Assembly: GCA_964106915.2 (NCBI GenBank)
Contig: OZ066921.1
From: Podarcis gaigeae
Taxonomy: Eukaryota
Strand: one strand, 5' to 3'
Length of the DNA stretch: 64,000 nt
Shown here piece by piece: positions 61,567 to 64,000 of the stretch; position 1 is the first letter of the stretch, and every line of letters starts with the position of its first letter. The notes under the pieces are model-generated. The model did not search any database. It was not told where the DNA came from and was given only the letters and a program-made list of their open reading frames with translations. Both the position numbers and the translations under genes were made by a program.

Positions 61567-62279
61567 CTGCGGCAACACAGGAGAGAAACAAGGAGAAAGA
61601 GAGTGAATCAGAGGGCTACTCCCATTCATGACATGGGGAGCAAAAGCAAAAGGCAAATCATTGACAAAAGGGTCCCAAGTCTTGAGAAGTCTGTAACCAC
61701 AAGGATGCATGTGGAGGAATCTGGGGGAATCAATGTGCTAGCAATTCTTCTTCTGCTCTTCTGCATCACACTGTCCTGCTTCTGAGTGCTTTCTTGGGTT
61801 TTCTCAACCACCCAAAACAGAATCAGCTTCTGTATTTAAACATTCTCAAAAAGAAAGCAATGCATGCCCAGGGTCTTTGGCACCTTCCAATGGATAGACC
61901 CAACAACAGCTAGCAGGCATGTAGGCTAAATGAGCCCTCCAAGTCACAGGCGTTTATCTTTGGATACCAAGGCACTGAGGATGGCCAGCTTGCATCCTTC
62001 CAAAAGCCTTAGTGAAACAGTGAGGAACCTCAGGCCTGGGGGACTTATGCAGCCCTCTTGGTGCATCTGGCACCAAGAGGACCACATAAGTCTCTGCACA
62101 AGCCACACCCACCACCGACCCTACTCTGCACTCTCAGGATGCTTCTGCCCTTGAAATGTCACAATGCATCTTGCTTGCCCAGATTTCATGTAGAAATCGT
62201 TCAGTCAACCATGTTACTTTTGAGTCACTGACCCTGCTTCTCTCTCAGGTGGGGGAATAGTGACGGAATTATATTTAGG

Positions 62280-62770
62280 GTACCAATGCCTTTGGAAGAC
62301 TGACAATCAAATGCAGAATGCAGCTGCTGGATTGGTGGGTGAAGCAGCCCCAAGGGGCCAAGCATCACCAATCCTGAAAGCGCTGCCCTAAACAGCCGGG
62401 ACCCAGGTAACCCCCCCCTTCAAATATCAACTATCTCAAGCCCTACAATTGGTGCTGCCACTTCTGGTAGTTGTTCAACTGGCACTGACTAGCGACAGGG
62501 TCCCTTTGGTGGTGGTTCGCCATCTGTGGTCCTCCCTGGTGAGATGCCTCTGTCTCTCTCAAAACTAACATTTAGGAGGAGTTTAAAAAACATTTCTATT
62601 TGATAACTGAGAAATTCTGATTCCACAAAGCTTGACATTATTAGCTGTTCTTTTCAGATGTCCTTAATTGCTTTAAATGTTTTATCTTATTTTAAACTAC
62701 ACTGTTGTTTGTCTCCCTGGGATCTTGGTGGTGCTGGGGGACAGAAATATGACAAGCAAATAAATATAAC
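62280..62770 (+). mobile_element. Old L2-clade LINE 3' remnant
   Basis: tgcagaatgcagctgctggattg (QNAAA-like), catcaccaatcctgaaag, a T-rich tail region and an aaataaat end. Confidence 0.5.
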
Positions 62771-62876
62771 CTAGTTGGCCATTCCCCTACCCCAGATTCT
62801 TCCAGGCATCACCCACATGTTTGAGGGCCTAATATCTGCAGCCTGGAGGGGAAGGACTTTGCTGTACAGCATAACT

Positions 62877-63130
62877 ATAGAATGACAGAGCTGCAGGACA
62901 TCTAGCCCAACCTTGTGCAAGGCAGAGATCTGCAACTACAGCACCCATGACAGCACCCTAACAGTATAGATAGAGCCCATCACCCCCAGAGGCTGCCTTG
63001 CTTCCACAGTGGAACACCTTGTACCATGAGGGGCATTCCTCCTTCCCATTTGCACCTTTGGCCTCTGGGCCTGCCCTCTGGAGCAAGGGAGAGAATCCAC
63101 GTACTCTACTTTAGGTGATGGTCATCAAGT
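62877..63130 (-). mobile_element. Old CR1-like 3' remnant
   Basis: atagaatgacagagctg...catctagcccaacc...cccatcacccccagagg...ttccac resembles an antisense CR1 3' end. Confidence 0.45.
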
Positions 63131-63389
63131 GATGAACCTGCCTGGGGGAAAACCAGCTCTCCCATGCCCCAGGATAAATCCAGCTGGGGACTGAGATCCC
63201 TGACACTGTCAGATTTCGACGGGGGGGGGGGGACACTCCCTCTCTTGGGATTTCGCTCCACTTCCAGGGTGGCAAATCAAGGCAGGCAGTTCCACAGGCC
63301 ACCTCTTCCGGCTGAGTAGCCTATTTTGGGGGAGCACAGTTTGCAAAAATCACCCGCCCGCCATCTAGCTGTATACTAATCACACTATT

Positions 63390-64000
63390 GTCTAAAAATC
63401 GGCCCCGAGGGTCAACCAGTTCAAGGAGGCCTGGCACTTCCTTGGAGCGGGGGACGGGGCAGGCTTCACCACTTTCTTGCTCCAAACGCTTTCTCTCCCC
63501 GTCCCCCGCATTTCAAAACAAGTTTTCTTACATTTCGGACGCCCCGAGGGAGAGGTCGCCGCCGCTGCTGGCAGTGGGCGATCAGGAGCCTGCTCCCGAA
63601 GTAGGGGATAGCGAGGAACTTCCGTGGGGGGCGGGGGAGAAGAGGGCGCGTTCCTTCCCCACGTGCAGCTGGGAACTTTCCCCGCTCCTCGTCCGCGCCT
63701 GGCGCTCCCCCGGAGTCCGCTCCCACCTTCCGCGCTGGCCCCGCGGTGGCGCAAAAAAAGTGGGCAGGGCGGGAGCGAGGCGCACTTACCTGCCAGCCAG
63801 CTCGCCCGCCCGCCCGTGGGTCCCTTCGGACGCAGCCCGAGCGAGCGAGCGGCCGGCCAGCCCGCCGGGCTCTTTGGGCAGCCCTCCTTTTCCTTCCCCG
63901 CCTCTGCGCGGCCAATCCGCAGCGCGGAAAGTGACATCAGCCCCCGCTGCCGCCGGGGAGCGCCCGCTCGCCACACGCGCGCCGGAGCCAATGAGGAGCC
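63390..64000 (-). promoter_or_regulatory. Intragenic CpG island with promoter elements, candidate internal CAMTA1 promoter (runs off the window end)
   Basis: Abrupt rise in GC and CpG. CCAAT boxes at 63912-63916 and 63988-63992, GC boxes (gggcggg, cccgccc), CRE-like tgacatca at 63932-63939, E-box cacgtg at 63660-63665. Confidence 0.8.
63790..63937 (-). other. CAMTA1: Candidate alternative first exon of a short CAMTA1 isoform (5' end uncertain)
   Basis: Perfect donor GGCAG|GTAAGT at 63790/63789. The donor is phase 1 in an open frame containing the ATG at 63937, which matches the phase-1 acceptor at 61566. Confidence 0.55.

Larger units (their letters stand above)
32302..61955 (+). repeat. Copy 2 of the ~29.65 kb direct duplication
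   Basis: Starts immediately after the gap, matches 2457-32101, then continues into unique sequence at 61956. Confidence 0.98.

Noticed and set aside
32302-61955. A genuine second CAMTA1 paralog or tandem gene duplication
   Set aside because: Breakpoints coincide with a 200-N gap, divergence is allelic-level, copy 2 lacks the last exon, and cross-copy splicing would frameshift. Treated as a probable artefact pending read evidence.
63640-63985. CGCG boxes implying CAMTA autoregulation
   Set aside because: Such 4-6-mers are expected by chance in any CpG island.
63392-63991. Stand-alone 199-aa and 149-aa genes in the CpG island
   Set aside because: Arg/Gly/Ala/Pro-rich translations in several frames are typical of stop-poor GC-rich DNA. 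Only the part upstream of the 63790 donor is retained as a candidate exon.

Overview
Vertebrate genomic DNA, almost certainly a lizard; a Sauria SINE of the lacertid type suggests Lacertidae. The window holds the 3' half of CAMTA1 (calmodulin-binding transcription activator 1) on the minus strand. I resolved 13 coding exons by hand, all with GT-AG boundaries and compatible phases, running from (E)NQFRMSILERLEQ through the ankyrin repeats and IQ motifs to ...SERIEKGQGT*, followed by an AT-rich 3' UTR. They include a 21-nt microexon (LTWIALK) and a 31-nt frame-switching exon, neither of which appears in the ORF track. About 29.65 kb (2457-32101) is repeated almost identically at 32302-61955, on the other side of a 200-N gap. 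This is most likely an uncollapsed contig/haplotype overlap (false duplication), not a real gene duplication. The most interesting signals are: a CpG-island internal promoter with a phase-matched splice donor at 63790 that could make an N-terminally truncated ankyrin+IQ-only CAMTA1; a cassette of tiny exons (21 nt, 31 nt and a candidate 12 nt) that tunes a strictly 23-residue-spaced IQ array and switches the C-terminal reading frame; and an apparently lineage-shifted C-terminus in the exon-skipped frame. Introns carry L2 and CR1 LINE fragments, Sauria and tRNA-derived SINEs, palindromic MITE-like elements and microsatellites. Comparisons with mammalian CAMTA1 are from recall, not from a database search.
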